From Lepidodermella squamata (lineage: Eukaryota; Animalia; Gastrotricha), in the NCBI GenBank assembly GCA_047495785.1, contig JBLDXI010000009.1, positions 2,356,001 to 2,420,000 of the forward strand: DNA of 64,000 bases, in the 5' to 3' direction. Below, in pieces: positions 49,964 through 62,715 of this stretch (position 1 is the first letter of the stretch; every line of letters starts with the position of its first letter). A model generated the notes under the pieces. That model was not told the origin of the DNA, ran no database searches, and saw nothing but the letters and a program-made list of their open reading frames with translations. The translations under genes and the position numbers were made by a program.

Positions 49964-50507
49964 TTGAAAATTAATGCAAATGTTTTGTGATTCGCGAGGT
50001 CTGATGCCACAGGGTATTTCTCTTATCTTCTTCGGCCATGATGAAAGTATTATTCTGCGTATTAAAATGGGGGATTTCTTTTATTCATTCGTTCGAATTT
50101 CATCGTCGAATCTACTATCTGTCTTTTAAATTTTGTATAATGCTGAGAGATGTGTCATTTGTTTTACGTCACAAAGCAGCCATGCACATATGCGTTTATT
50201 GAGCGATAATGATCTGAATGAAAGAGTGAAAATCGAAGCATTTTAATGCTTGCCAATGCGGCTAAACAGGTTATATGCCAGAGTATTTGCAACTCCATCA
50301 ATGTTCATATTTCTGATAACAAAAATTACGCGCTGTATAAATTTGTTGATATTTATTTGTATTTTCGATACCTACGGAAGACCGGAACTGAAGAGTGCGC
50401 AAAACGTGCTAATTGGATTATCTGTCATCTTCATTGATGCCTAAAAATACAATAACATTTTGATGGTCACGACCGCTCTGTTTTTGTTTCATTAGATCGT
50501 TTTAAAG

Positions 50508-51615
50508 ATGAAGGCGGATATGATCGATGAGGTGTTGGGCGGGCTCGCCTGCGCCCATTACATCTTTATGATGACAATAATGCCATACATTAGCATTGTC
50601 GTTGTTTACGTAATACTGCCCTTGACTTCTTACTGGTACGTAACAATCGCGTATTTATTATGGCACTATTACGATCAAAACACGCCGTACGAAGCCGGTC
50701 GAAATTGGGAGTTTCTTCGTCACCTTTCAATATGGAAATATATGGCTCGTTTTATTCCGGTTTCACTTCACAAGACTGCGGATCTGGACCCTTCGAAAAA
50801 CTACATATTCGCCTATCATCCTCATGTGAGATTGACATATTTTCTGAATTACTGAATCATTAATTTTATTTTAGGGTCTTTTTGTATTCGGCGGAGTTTG
50901 TAACTTTCGATGCAACGCCACGGACTTCGACGAAAAATACCCTGGGATTAAAACGAAAATGCTGATATTAGACGGATTCTTTCGGTACCCGATTTACCGC
51001 GATTACGGTCAACTTTGCGGCTTTGCCCCGGTCAGTGCACCAAGTGTTGATTACAAGCTGACGAAAATGGGACCTGGTCATTCAGTTCTAATCGTTGTTG
51101 GCGGGGCTGACGAGTTGACCCAGGTCGACCATCGGTGCTATAAACTTAAGTTGATTGGTCGAAAGGGTTTTATTCGACGATCTCTTGCGACTGGGTATGA
51201 AATAATTATTCTTTTTAAGGATGTTGCCTATGGTTTTTTTTATTTTAGGGCTTCTGTCGTTCCGGTTTTTAGTTTCGGTGAGCACAAAGTTTACAAGGCC
51301 AAAGTTCCCAGGGCTGGAACTCCAGCGCATCGAATTCAAAAATTCATCAAGAAAATGACGTTTCTCGAGCTTCCGATTTTTGTCCGTGGTCGCTACTGGT
51401 GGAGTTGGTTTTTCCTGCCCAAGCGCCAACCAATAAACACCGTTGTAGGTGCTCCATTGGATTTTTGCTCAATAACCGGCCACGAAAAGAGCCAAGAACC
51501 GCCTGAAGATCTAGTCGACCGATGTCATTCACTTTACCTCAATGCCTTGCGTAAATTATACGATGAACATAAGACCAGATTTGGCGATGAAGATACTCCA
51601 CTGATCTATTTCTAA
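50508..51615 (+). CDS. DGAT2/MOGAT-family acyltransferase, copy 1
   Basis: LHKTADLDPSKNYIFAYHPH|G, VGGADE, RKGFIR, VPVFSFGE, TVVGAP; 2 introns. Confidence 0.92.
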
Positions 51616-51759
51616 CCCATTTTTTACTGACCTTTTGCAATTTTATTACTCAACTTTTGCTCATTCTCGTTGTATTTTCTCGTCTGTGATAAATAGTCTT
51701 GTTTTGTTTTGTGGCATTAAAAATCCAATGGTAAATTTTCGCGATCTGTTTTTTTATAG

Positions 51760-52837
51760 ATGACTTATCAAACTGACTTTTTACAACGAAACATCGCGGA
51801 ATTTCTGGGAATGCTTACCTGCATTCACCTGGCTACAATGATGACATGTGCACATGTTTTGAGTGCCATTTTGTTTTACGGCGTTTTGCCTTTTACATCG
51901 CTTTGGTATCTGCCGCTGATCTATCTAATTTGGTACTTTTACGATCGAAAAACCCCGTTTCAAGGCGGCAGAACGGCGGAGTTTTTACGGAACTTGCCTA
52001 TTTGGAACCACATGGCTAAATACGTGCCTATTCACCTGCACAAAACTGCGGATTTGGACGCGTCGAAGAATTACTTATTCGCATTTCATCCTCATGTAAT
52101 TGCAAATTCTGGCGCTGAGAAATCTAGATTTATATTTTTCCGAAATTTAGGGTTTGTTTGTTTTTGGCGGGGTGTGCAATTTCTGCACGAATGCGACTGG
52201 CTTCAGCGAGAAATTCCCCGGTATCAAGGTTCAAATGCTGATGTGGGACGGCTATTTTCGCTTCCCAATTTACCGCGATTACTTGAACCTATTCGGTTTC
52301 GGCTCCGTCGGCTCAGATTCTATTGATTACAAACTCACGCAAACAGGCCCTGGAAATTCCGTCTGGATTGCAGTGGGCGGAGCCGAGGAACTCACTTTTA
52401 CTGATCATTCTTGTTACAAATTGAAAATTCTATCACGCAAAGGTTTCATTCGGCGAGCGCTCAAAACTGGAGCGCTAGTTGTTCCTGTTTTCAGTTTCGG
52501 CGAGCAGAAACTTTACAACGCCAACCCGCCTAAACCCGGCTCGTTAGCCGGTTTGCTTCAAAAATTTGTTAAATTTATTACAAATCTAGAAGTTCCGACA
52601 ATTATCACCGGTCGTTATTGGTGGAGTTGGTATTTACTGCCAATTCAATACCCTGTCAACACTGTCGTCGGTGCCCCGATCGATTTTTGCTCAGAACGGT
52701 CTTTCCAGAAAGGCCAAGACCCTCCTGAACAGTTGGTCGATGATTGTCATAGGATTTATCTGGAATCTCTACAAAAACTCTACAACGATCATAAAGCTCA
52801 ATTCGGTGACGAAAACACGCCTCTAGTCTTCGTTTAA
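51760..52837 (+). CDS. DGAT2/MOGAT-family acyltransferase, copy 2
   Basis: HPH|G, VGGAEE, RKGFIRRALKTGALVVPVFSFGE; 1 intron. Confidence 0.92.
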
Positions 52838-52918
52838 TGTTTTTATTTCAAATAATTTTAAGTTGGATTTTTATTATAATGTTTTTTTCTGAAGTTAGAC
52901 TTTTAAGTTATAAGGAGG

Positions 52919-54032
52919 ATGGCGGTTAGTGCGGTTTCGATTTTGATTGGAGCAGCCACGTGCTTTCATCTGACATTCATGATTACTATTGTCAATTTTC
53001 TGCTGGCTTTCTTGTTCATTTTCGTCCTGCCTTTCACGCAATACTACTACATTCCTTTGCTGTACTTGCCTTGGTATTTATACGACCGGAAAACGCCGTT
53101 TAGAGGCGGTAGAATCAGGCAATCTCTTCGTCAACTTGAGATTTGGAAGTATCTTGCGAATTATTTTCCGATGAAACTGCACAAAACTGCGGAACTTGAT
53201 CCAAGTCGGAATTACATGTTTGCCTTTCATCCTCATGTAAGATAGCTAGGCTTCACTTCTCCGCTCCTTATTTTTCTTGTCGCCGATAGGGCTTGCTACC
53301 TTTCGGTGGATTCACTAATTTTTGCGTCTATGGGACTGGCTTTGACAAAATATTTCCCGGAATTAACGTTCATTTGTTGGTTTTGAATGGGCAATTCAAG
53401 TTCCCACTGTACCGTGATTATTTGATTGCTGCCGGGTTTGGCTCGGCCGGCGCGAGTAGTATCCATTACAAACTGACAAAAATCGGCCCCGGCCAGTCTG
53501 TTTGGCTAGCTGTCGGCGGAGCAGCTGAATGTTTGATTATCGATCAAACCGATTATTACTTGAAGCTCTATAATCGAAAAGGATTCATTCGGCAGGCGCT
53601 GAAGGCCGGGTAAATTTTTTTTATTTTTTTTTTTAAGAAATCGAGTTAATGACGCGTTAATTCAGGGCTTGCGTCGTTCCGGTGTTCAGTTTTGGTGAGA
53701 ACAGACTCTATGATATTCGTTACCCCCAACCGGGTACTTTTTTCTATTACCTTCAACGAATTGTTAAATTTATCTCAAACGTCGAACTGCCGATGGATGT
53801 CCGCGGCCAATATTGGTGGAATTGGTATCTGATTCCTAAACGAACCCCTGTGAACACTGTTGTTGGCGCGCCGTTGGATTTCTGCTCTCTTAAGTCTTTC
53901 CAGAATGGCGAGGACCCTTCGAAGGAACTTGTTGACGAGTGTCATAAAATTTATATGGACGAACTACGTAAGCTATTCGATGAACACAAAGCTCGGTTTG
54001 GCGACGAAAACGCTAAGTTGATTTATGTTTAA
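52919..54032 (+). CDS. DGAT2/MOGAT-family acyltransferase, copy 3
   Basis: YFP, HPH|G, GGAAE, RKGFIRQALKAG|, FSFGE; 2 introns. Confidence 0.92.
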
Positions 54033-54243
54033 CTGCCAAATTTTATTTTCTCAATTGACATTGTGAGAGACGAAGACGTGAAGAGACATATTGCGGGTAT
54101 ATTGCTTCAACCGTTGAAATTCTATTATATCAAAACCTTCAATTTGCCCTGTTTTTGATTCTTGTTGGCGATTTTTGCCCTTGAAAAGTTGAAGAATCGG
54201 AATTTTCTCAATTTTACTGCTGAATTTCTAGGAATATTAAAAA

Positions 54244-55337
54244 ATGTTGGGCGCGGCTATTCTCGAAACCTTGGCTTGCTTTCATCTTTCGGTTTTGATG
54301 ACTGTCTTCAATCCGCTTTGCGCATTGATTTTCTACGTCATTCTCCCGTTCACGAAATACTGGTATATATCGGCCGTGTACGTGGCTTGGCTAATATATG
54401 ATTATCAAACCCCGTTCAAAGCTGGTCGTCTTTTCTCTCCATTGCGGGATTTATCGTTATGGGGCTACGCTGCTCGCTATTTTCCGGCAAAACTGCATAA
54501 GACCTGCGATGTGGATCCGTCGAAAAATTATATCTTCGCCTATCATCCTCATGTGAGATCAATGAACCAATTTTTTTTTGTAATATGAATTTAATTCTCA
54601 GGGAATGATGGTATTCGGCGGGTTGATTCATTTTATCACAAATGCAACTGGTTTCGACCGAAAATTTCCCGGCATTACACCCCACGTGCTTATTTTGAAC
54701 GGCCATTTCTGGGTCCCGATCTACCGTGATTACCTGGTATTTTATGGTTACGGGTCAGCTGATGCAAAGTCGATTGATTACAAGCTTAGCGAAATCGGAC
54801 CTGGTCATTCCGTATGGCTTGCCGTTGGCGGATTAGCCGAGGCGCTATTTTTTGAGCCACATTTTTACAAAATCAAAATTTTACATAGGAAAGGTTTTAT
54901 CCGTCGCGCTCTTTTTAACGGGTAAATTTTAAATCATTGATTTTTCAAGCTTAATAATACTAATTTATTTCAGGGCATGTGTTGTGCCTGTTTTTAGTTT
55001 TGGCGAACATAAGCTGTATGTAGCTGATAAACCCAAGCCATGGACATTTGCTCACTTTCTCCAAAAATTGGCGAAACTCACGTGGAACATGGAACCGCCG
55101 ACTGATATTAGCGGACGGCCGGGCTGGTGGATTTTCCTACCCCGGCGCTATCCGATAGAAACTGTTGTTGGTGCTCCACTCGACTTCAATTCGATGATGT
55201 CTTTCGAAAAGGGCCAAGAGCCACCTCAAGACCTTGTCAACAAGTGCCATTCGATCTACCTCGATACGCTGAGAAAGCTCTATGATGACAACAAAGCTCA
55301 ATTCGGTTACAGCGATACTCCCCTGGTATTTGTCTAA
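54244..55337 (+). CDS. DGAT2/MOGAT-family acyltransferase, copy 4
   Basis: YFP, HPH|G, GGLAE, RKGFIRRAL, PVFSFGE; 2 introns. Confidence 0.92.
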
Positions 55338-55456
55338 GATTGACAGCTTTCATATTCCGGTGACAATTTTTTAAACATTTTTAACCTCATTTTACCCTCA
55401 GGAAAATTTTAGCTTGGAGTGTCAATTTTCATTTTTCTAGGTTTTATTTTTTTATA

Positions 55457-56583
55457 ATGGTTCTTGACGTTTTGAGTTGTTTCGGTTATGTCGGCACAAT
55501 TTTCATACTTCCGATCGCTTCTATTTCAACTGCAATCGGTCTTTTATTCACCCGATTTTACCCGGTTACACTTCTGTACGCCGCATGGTATATTTATGAC
55601 ATGAAAACTCCTTATCAAGGTGATTTTTCAACAAAATCAGCTTTGAGATTGACGTAAGATTTTTTAAGGCGGACGCCCTTGCGATTCGTTTCGAAAACTT
55701 TCATTTTGGCGCTGGCTCGCCAGTTATTTTCCGATAAAGCTTCACAAAACTTGCGATCTCGACTCTTCAAAAAATTATATTTTCGCATTTCATCCTCATG
55801 GAACGTTCGTTCAAGGTGGCACTTGCAATTTTCTGAGCGATGCCACCGGCTTCTCGCGACTTTTCACTGGTTTACGAATGCATTTCGCCATCGTGCCCGG
55901 CCATTTTCGCATACCTATTCATCGAGAGATTTTCCTTGCCCTGGGATTTATGCCTCCGGCTGCTGAAAGCCTCGAGTACGCTTTAACGAAAAAAGGCCCC
56001 GGTAATTCGGTTTTAATTGTGATCGGCGGAGCGGCTGAAGTGCCTCTAACTTCGATGAGCGAGTACAAGCTTCACATCCTTAACCGAAAGGGCTTCATTC
56101 GACTTGCGCTGAAGACTAGGTTGGATTTCGACCAATCTAATTTCGTTTAATTCTGATAAGTTTTTCCAAATGTTAAGGTCTCCGATAGTTCCAGTGTTTA
56201 GTTTTGGCGAGTCGAAATTATTTCATCTCGACCCACCGAATCGTGAGGCTTTCCTATGGCGAATTCTCGCTTACATAGGCATTCAACCGCCTCCTTTCAT
56301 AACCCGAGGAAATCCGATTTTTCCGGCCTTGATTCCCTTGAGGCAAGAAATCAATACCGTCGGTCTGTATTTACTCTTGAGATTTCTAAAAAAATATCAC
56401 GATTTGTTCGTTTCAGTTGGAGAACCGATTGAATTCAATCCGTTGCCTCCTGAAAGCTCGGAACAAGAAAAAATCGAGCACATCGACTCCTGCCATGAGA
56501 TTTATCTTGAAAAACTTCGCCACCTGTATGACAGAAACAAATCACGATTTGGTGATGAAAACACGCCTTTGATTTTTACATAA
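55457..56583 (+). CDS. DGAT2/MOGAT-family acyltransferase, copy 5
   Basis: YFP, FHPHG, GGAAE, RKGFIRLALK, VPVFSFGE; 3 short introns. Confidence 0.88.
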
Positions 56584-56648
56584 ATTTTATTTTAATTTTA
56601 CCAAAAAATTATTTTATTTTGAAGAAATAGAGTGGTTTAATTCAAAAA

Positions 56649-57734
56649 ATGACGCAACGCTCTTTTCTGCTGAAAACGTTGGAAACCATCAGCTTGTTGC
56701 ATTATCTATCGCTGTTTTTCGTATGTAACATCATCGCTGTGCCGATTTTTATTTACCTATTCTGCTCGCGCCTGTTTTTTATACCCGTCGCCTACCTGGT
56801 ATGGATGTATTTCGACCTGAAAACGCCGAATCGAGCTGGTCGTCGCGTGAAATTTCTCCGCGAATTATTTGTCTGGCGGTATTTAGCAAGTTATTTCCCG
56901 GTTCATCTTCACAAAACGACAGAGCTTGACCCGGAAAGGAATTACATGTTCTGCTTTCACCCGCATGGCATTGTTGGCGTGGGCGGGTTCGTCAATTTCA
57001 TCACTGAAGCTAACGGATTTTCGCAGCAATTCAACGGAATAACTTTACATCCTCTCACGCTGGAAATCAATTTCCGAATGCCGTTATTTCGTGATTACAT
57101 GATGGGTCTAGGACTCGGATCGGTTCATTCTGATAGTATTCATTACAAGCTGACCAAATTAGGACCAGGCCATTCGGTTATGATTGTTGTTGGAGGCGCT
57201 GCTGAGGCTCAACTAGCTGACCCGGACAGACCATATCGTTTGAAAATTTTGACTCGGAAAGGCTTCATCCGGGAGGCCTTGCGAGCTGGATCACCTCTTG
57301 TCCCTGTTTTCTCGTATGGCGAATCAGAAATTTTCTACCAGCTGAAACCATCGCCAAATTCGCTGTTCCAACATTTCCAGCATTGGGTTCACCGAGTTTT
57401 TCGATTTGTGCCAATGTTATTTCGAGGAGAACGATTCTTGATCCCAATCAGAAAGCCAATTCACACCGTTGGTAAGTTGAATTTTTCAATCCATTGCTCA
57501 TAAGTATGATTCATTTTTTCGTTTTCAGTTGGAAACCCGTTGGAAGTTCCTTACATCCCAAGCCCTACTCAAGCTGACATCGATTTGTGAGATTTTCAAG
57601 CTTTAAATTGATTCGAATTTTATATTTTTCTAATTTTAAGGTGGCACGGAAAATATATTGATGCATTGAAGCAATTATTTTTAACAAATCGTGATCGCTA
57701 CGGGTGCCTTAACAAGGACTTGGAACTGTTTTAA
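56649..57734 (+). CDS. DGAT2/MOGAT-family acyltransferase, copy 6
   Basis: YFP, FHPHG, VGGAAEA, RKGFIREALRAG, PVFSYGE; two 3' introns; ends KDLELF*. Confidence 0.92.
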
Positions 57735-58134
57735 CCAATGCATGACTGATTAATTGTTGAAATTACAACATTTTGTAACATCAAATAAGATGACAAAAAT
57801 AACGCATAATATTAATAATAATATTTATACTTTGAATAATTTTCTACTCGACGTGCTTTTGCATGGCTAATGACCATTCTTCGAAACTAAAAATCTTCTA
57901 ATCAAGCTTTTTTTCGAATCGACCTGTGCTCACTAGTTCCGACATAAGTGCTTTGAAAAAAGTTTTAAATCTCACAAAAGCGTGATGTGAACTTGGAGGA
58001 AATTCAATAAAGTATCGATAACTTTTCTAAACAATGGACTTTTTATCTAATTTTAATTCCCTATTTTTTTGTACGAAATTCGTAAATTTACAGCCAATTT
58101 TTTATTAGAATAGTAGATTATTTTTTCATAAAAA

Positions 58135-59342
58135 ATGCCGTCTTTCAAATCTTCCATTCCGAACGAATTTCCTGAAAATCTGCTGGAGAAATCATCAACT
58201 GCTGTTTTGAACGCAAAGGATCATGCTCTTGCAATTCTCGGATTTCTGAAATATTTCGTCATGTTCTTGGCGTTGGTTGGCTTCGGATCTATTCCTATAC
58301 TCTTCAACATGCTGTTCACGCCGTTGTTCTTTGTGCCTTTGACGGTCGCCTCTTGGCTAATTTACGATTATAAAACGCCTTATCGAGGTGGCCGCCGTTT
58401 CGATTTTGTCCGCCGCCTTTCAATTTGGAAATACGCTGTCAAATATTTCCCTGTTAATTTATACAAAACCGCTGAACTTGATCCGTCAAAAAATTATTTG
58501 TTTGGATATCACCCGCATGGTATGAAATGAAATGAGGTTTGAATATTCATGAATTTAATCATATTTAATCATTAGGAATCCTTGCGCTTGGAGCTTTTTA
58601 CAACTTTGGCACTGAGGCAACCGGTTTTTCGGAAAAATTCCCTGGTATCAAGCCCTTTGTTATGACTTTGGATACTGCGTTTCAGCTTCCATTTCACCGG
58701 GATTATCTCATGGTAAATGAGAAAATTCAGCGATCGAGAAAAATTTATTGATAATTTTTCAGGCTTATGGGGCTGCTCCAGTTCGGAAGGACAGTATCCA
58801 TTACAAAATTTCGGGTAAAAACGGGTGTGGCAATGCCGCTGTTGTTATAATTGGAGGAGCGGCCGAGGCTAAGCTTTGCGACCCGAATAACCCGTATCGC
58901 TTGAAGCTCAAAACCCGCACTGGTTTCGTCCGTGAGGCTTTAAAAGCCGGCGCCAGTCTTGTGCCGATTTTCTCATTTGGCGAATCTGAGATTTACAACA
59001 TTGTCGAAGCTAAGCGAGGCTCGTTGCTAGATCGCTTTCAAAAATTCGTTCACTACATGATGAGATTTGTGCCGATTGTTTTCTACGGTGCTTTCGCTAT
59101 CTTGCCATTCAGGAAGCCGATAAACACTGTTGTCGGAGCTCCGATTGATTTACCTCGCATCGAAAATCCCGACGAGGAAGAAATTGAGTTGTAAGTATTT
59201 AAGGTGGATTTTTTTCAATTTTTCTATTAATTTTCTCGCAATTTTCAGCTGGCACAGCAAGTATATCGAAGGCCTGAAGAAGGTTTTCAACGATAACAAG
59301 GCTCAATTTGGTCTTCCAGGAAAAGACTTGGAGCTATACTGA
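58135..59342 (+). CDS. DGAT2/MOGAT-family acyltransferase, copy 7
   Basis: YFP, YHPHG, GGAAEA, GFVREALKAG, FSFGE; 3 introns; ends KDLELY*. Confidence 0.92.
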
Positions 59343-59454
59343 GGAGATTTATTTTTCGAGTGAAGTGCAATATTTTGATGAGAGATTTTTCGGCCAAAGA
59401 ATGTTTGCCTTGAAACTAAACATTTTTCTCAATTCAGATAGGCTTTTAATAAAA

Positions 59455-61127
59455 ATGACAACAAAACTTGAAGAGGGAACATTAATGGAACGATGGCTTC
59501 CAATTTTGGGCGTTATGCACTACCTTGGCGTTTTCGCATTTTTTTACCTGTGTTCCGTGCCAATCATGATTTCAATTTGTTTCACTCCGCTTTTCTTCGT
59601 ACCAGTGTTCTACGTCGTATGGATGTATTTCGACTACGAAACGCCATTTAGAACTGGCCGAAGGAGGGATTTCATCAGAAATATGCCAATTTGGAAGCAT
59701 ATGGCCCGCTATTTCCCGTCAACACTGCATAAAACAGCCGATCTGGACCCGGCTAAAAACTACATGATAGTCTATCATCCTCACGGAATTCTTGGCGCAG
59801 GTTGTTTCCTGAATTTCGCCACTGAAGGCACCGGCTTCTCGAAGAAATTCCCCGGCATTATACCCCATGTTCTAACTTTGGACATCAATTTTCGATTTCC
59901 GATTCTACGAGACTACGCAATGGCGTTCGGTTTTGTTGGCGTTAACCCTGGCAGTATTAATTATAAATTGACAAAAATGGGCCCTGGTCATTCAGTTGTT
60001 GTCGTAGTCGGCGGCGCGGCTGAGGCTGAGCTAGCTGACCCGAACGAACCGTATCGATTGATCATCAAACACCGGCACGGTTTTGTCCGCGAGGCCCTGA
60101 AAGCTGGCGCGGCTCTAGTTCCGACCTTCGCGTTTGGTGAAACTAACATGTTCAACGTTTTCAAGCCAAAACCTGGCTCGTTCCTGTGGAATCTGCAAAA
60201 ATGGATTTACAAGTCCTTCAGCTTTTTTCCTGTTATTTTCTACGGAAAGCTGCCACTGTTCCCGCTAGCCAACCCGGTGAACGTTGTGGTTGGAGCTCCT
60301 TTGGTCTTGCCAAAAATTGAGTCGCCTAGTAAAGCAGAAATAGCGTTGTAAGTTTGAGTTTGAAAATCATTTACAGTGTCTTTTCAAGAGATCGATTGGT
60401 GTTGAAATTAATGGGGGAATCTGTTCGCTTGCTCGCCCTTTGGTGTGGACATCGACTCGCTTTGGTGTTGACATTGTCCACTGTAGCAACCCCTTAGAAA
60501 ACATATTTATAATGAGACTCGTGCCACAATGGGCTGATCGTTTTTTTTTGCTACGATATCCTATATTTGGAGCATAGAGGCACTAGCCCTGGGTCAAAGT
60601 TCACTATTATTGAATGACGCAAGCCACGCGACACCTTGGATTGCCGCATGGCGAATCATTCTGTTTTTGGAAGTGAACTTTGATCTTGATCCACAATGCG
60701 TGTTGTATACAATTCTTGCTATTTTTCTGAGAATATTTTCTTGGAAATTATTTGGATGGGCCTAGTGGAATCTCTAAATTCATAGGGTTCCAGAGCTAAA
60801 TTTTCCCATTGTATAATTGTTCTAGTTTCACGTCTTCTCTAAAATCTCACATTGATAAAAAGATGAAGCGGCAAAATCTCATAAATTTGAAAAATTTAGT
60901 GCTGGAACTTTTGTTTAGATTTGCAAATATTTAGACTGGAATAATTTCAGTGAGAAATAATCATTTTTGAAGCGTTTTTGCCTTGAATTAATTTTTTTTC
61001 ATTCTTGAATTAATTCTTTCTTTCATTCCTTAGCTGGCATGCCAAGTATATCGGTGCTTTGACGAAGCTTTTCGAAGAGAACAAGGATCGCTACGGAGTG
61101 CCAAACAAGGAGCTCGAGCTCAATTAG
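59455..61127 (+). CDS. DGAT2/MOGAT-family acyltransferase, copy 8 (last intron expanded to ~690 nt)
   Basis: YFP, YHPHG, GGAAEA, GFVREALKAG, FAFGE; terminal exon WHAKYIGAL...KELELN* at ~61034-61127. Confidence 0.92.
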
Positions 61128-61356
61128 AATACTATTTTAAATGTCATGTTGTGAGCTACGCGTTGTTCAAATTTTTATTTGCATCGGTGTTGAGGTATTT
61201 CTTGCACAACCTACGCCTTTCAGTCTAGTTTTATTGAATTATTGATATTTTATTTGCCAAATGTCTGTCATTAATAGCTCATAATTAGAGATTAAAATTA
61301 TTCTAGGCTGTGTAAATAGAAAATAATTTTTTTAAATTTAGATCATCGATTTTAGA

Positions 61357-62461
61357 ATGAATAAATATATATCATTTGCGTTGGCCTATGTGGAGGGGCA
61401 TCTGGTCAATACCCTAGAATTAATAGCCGTCCTACACTATCTATCGCTTTTCATGCTTTGCAATGTTCTTTCGATTCCACTCTTCTTCCTCATGCTGTTC
61501 TCGCCGCTATTCTTCATCCCTCTGGCCTACTCGGCTTGGTGGTTCTACGACCGTAAAACCCCGTTTCGAGCCGGCCGCCGAATCGAATGTTTCCGGCGCC
61601 TTTTCATCTGGAAATTAATGGCGAAATATTTCCCCGTTCAATTGCATAAAACGGCCGAGTTGGACCCATCGAAAAACTACGTCATGTGCTACCACCCCCA
61701 CGGCATTCTCGGCGTTGGTGTCTTCATAAATTTCGCGACTGAAGCTAACAACTTTTCGAAAAAATTCCCCGGAATCACGCTGCATCCGCTAACGTTGGAC
61801 GTTAATTTTCGTATCCCGTTCTTCAGGGAGTACCCAATAGTAAATTTTTCGAACCCATCTTAAACATTTTTATATGATGTTTAATTCACAGGCCTTAGGT
61901 TTGGCTGCGGTTCGGCAAGATAGCATCAGCTATAAATTGACGAAAATTGGCCCTGGACATTCGGTTATGATCGTAGTAGGCGGCGCGGCCGAGGCTGAAA
62001 TGTCAGACCCTGACAACCCGTATCACCTTAAAATCCATAGCCGGAAGGGTTTCGTGCGTGAAGCTTTGAAAGCCGGTGCCTCCCTAGTCCCTGTTTTCTC
62101 ATTCGGCGAATCAGAGATATTTTACTTGAAAAAAGCTGAAAAAGGTTCGAAGCTGCAGGCCTTCCAGAAATGGTGCCATCGCTACCTCAGATTTGTCCCG
62201 CTTGTTTTCTACGGAAAACTGCCCTTCTTCCCGTTTCGAAAGCCGATTAATTCAGTTGTTGGAGCTGCTATCGACTTGCCTCACATCGAATCGCCGACTG
62301 AAGAAGATATTACTCTGTAAATACTCTTTATTTTGATAAGATTTTCAAATTTCCTATTTATTTTAAGGTGGCATGGAAAATATATGGAAGCCTTGAAAAA
62401 GCTGTTCGAGGATCACAAGGATCGATTTGGTCTTCCCGGCCAGGAATTGCACCTTCATTGA
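61357..62461 (+). CDS. DGAT2/MOGAT-family acyltransferase, copy 9
   Basis: YFP, YHPHG, GGAAEA, RKGFVREALKAG, FSFGE; 2 introns. Confidence 0.92.
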
Positions 62462-62715
62462 AAAACTGCTAACAAAATTTCAACGCGCTCAACTTTTAAT
62501 TTTGATTTATCGTAATTAGTCTTTTCGAAACTCCCTGTGAAAATTGATTTTCAAGATATTTTATGGATCCCTTATAGCGGGATTTGTTTTGGCTTTAGCA
62601 TATTCCAATTCAATTTGAGACGCGTTTTAAGGATTTTATCGGCGCTGTAATAAAATCATGACAGCTTGAATCTATCGTGGTAAATAATTTTCTAGTAATT
62701 TATTTTTTCAATTAA

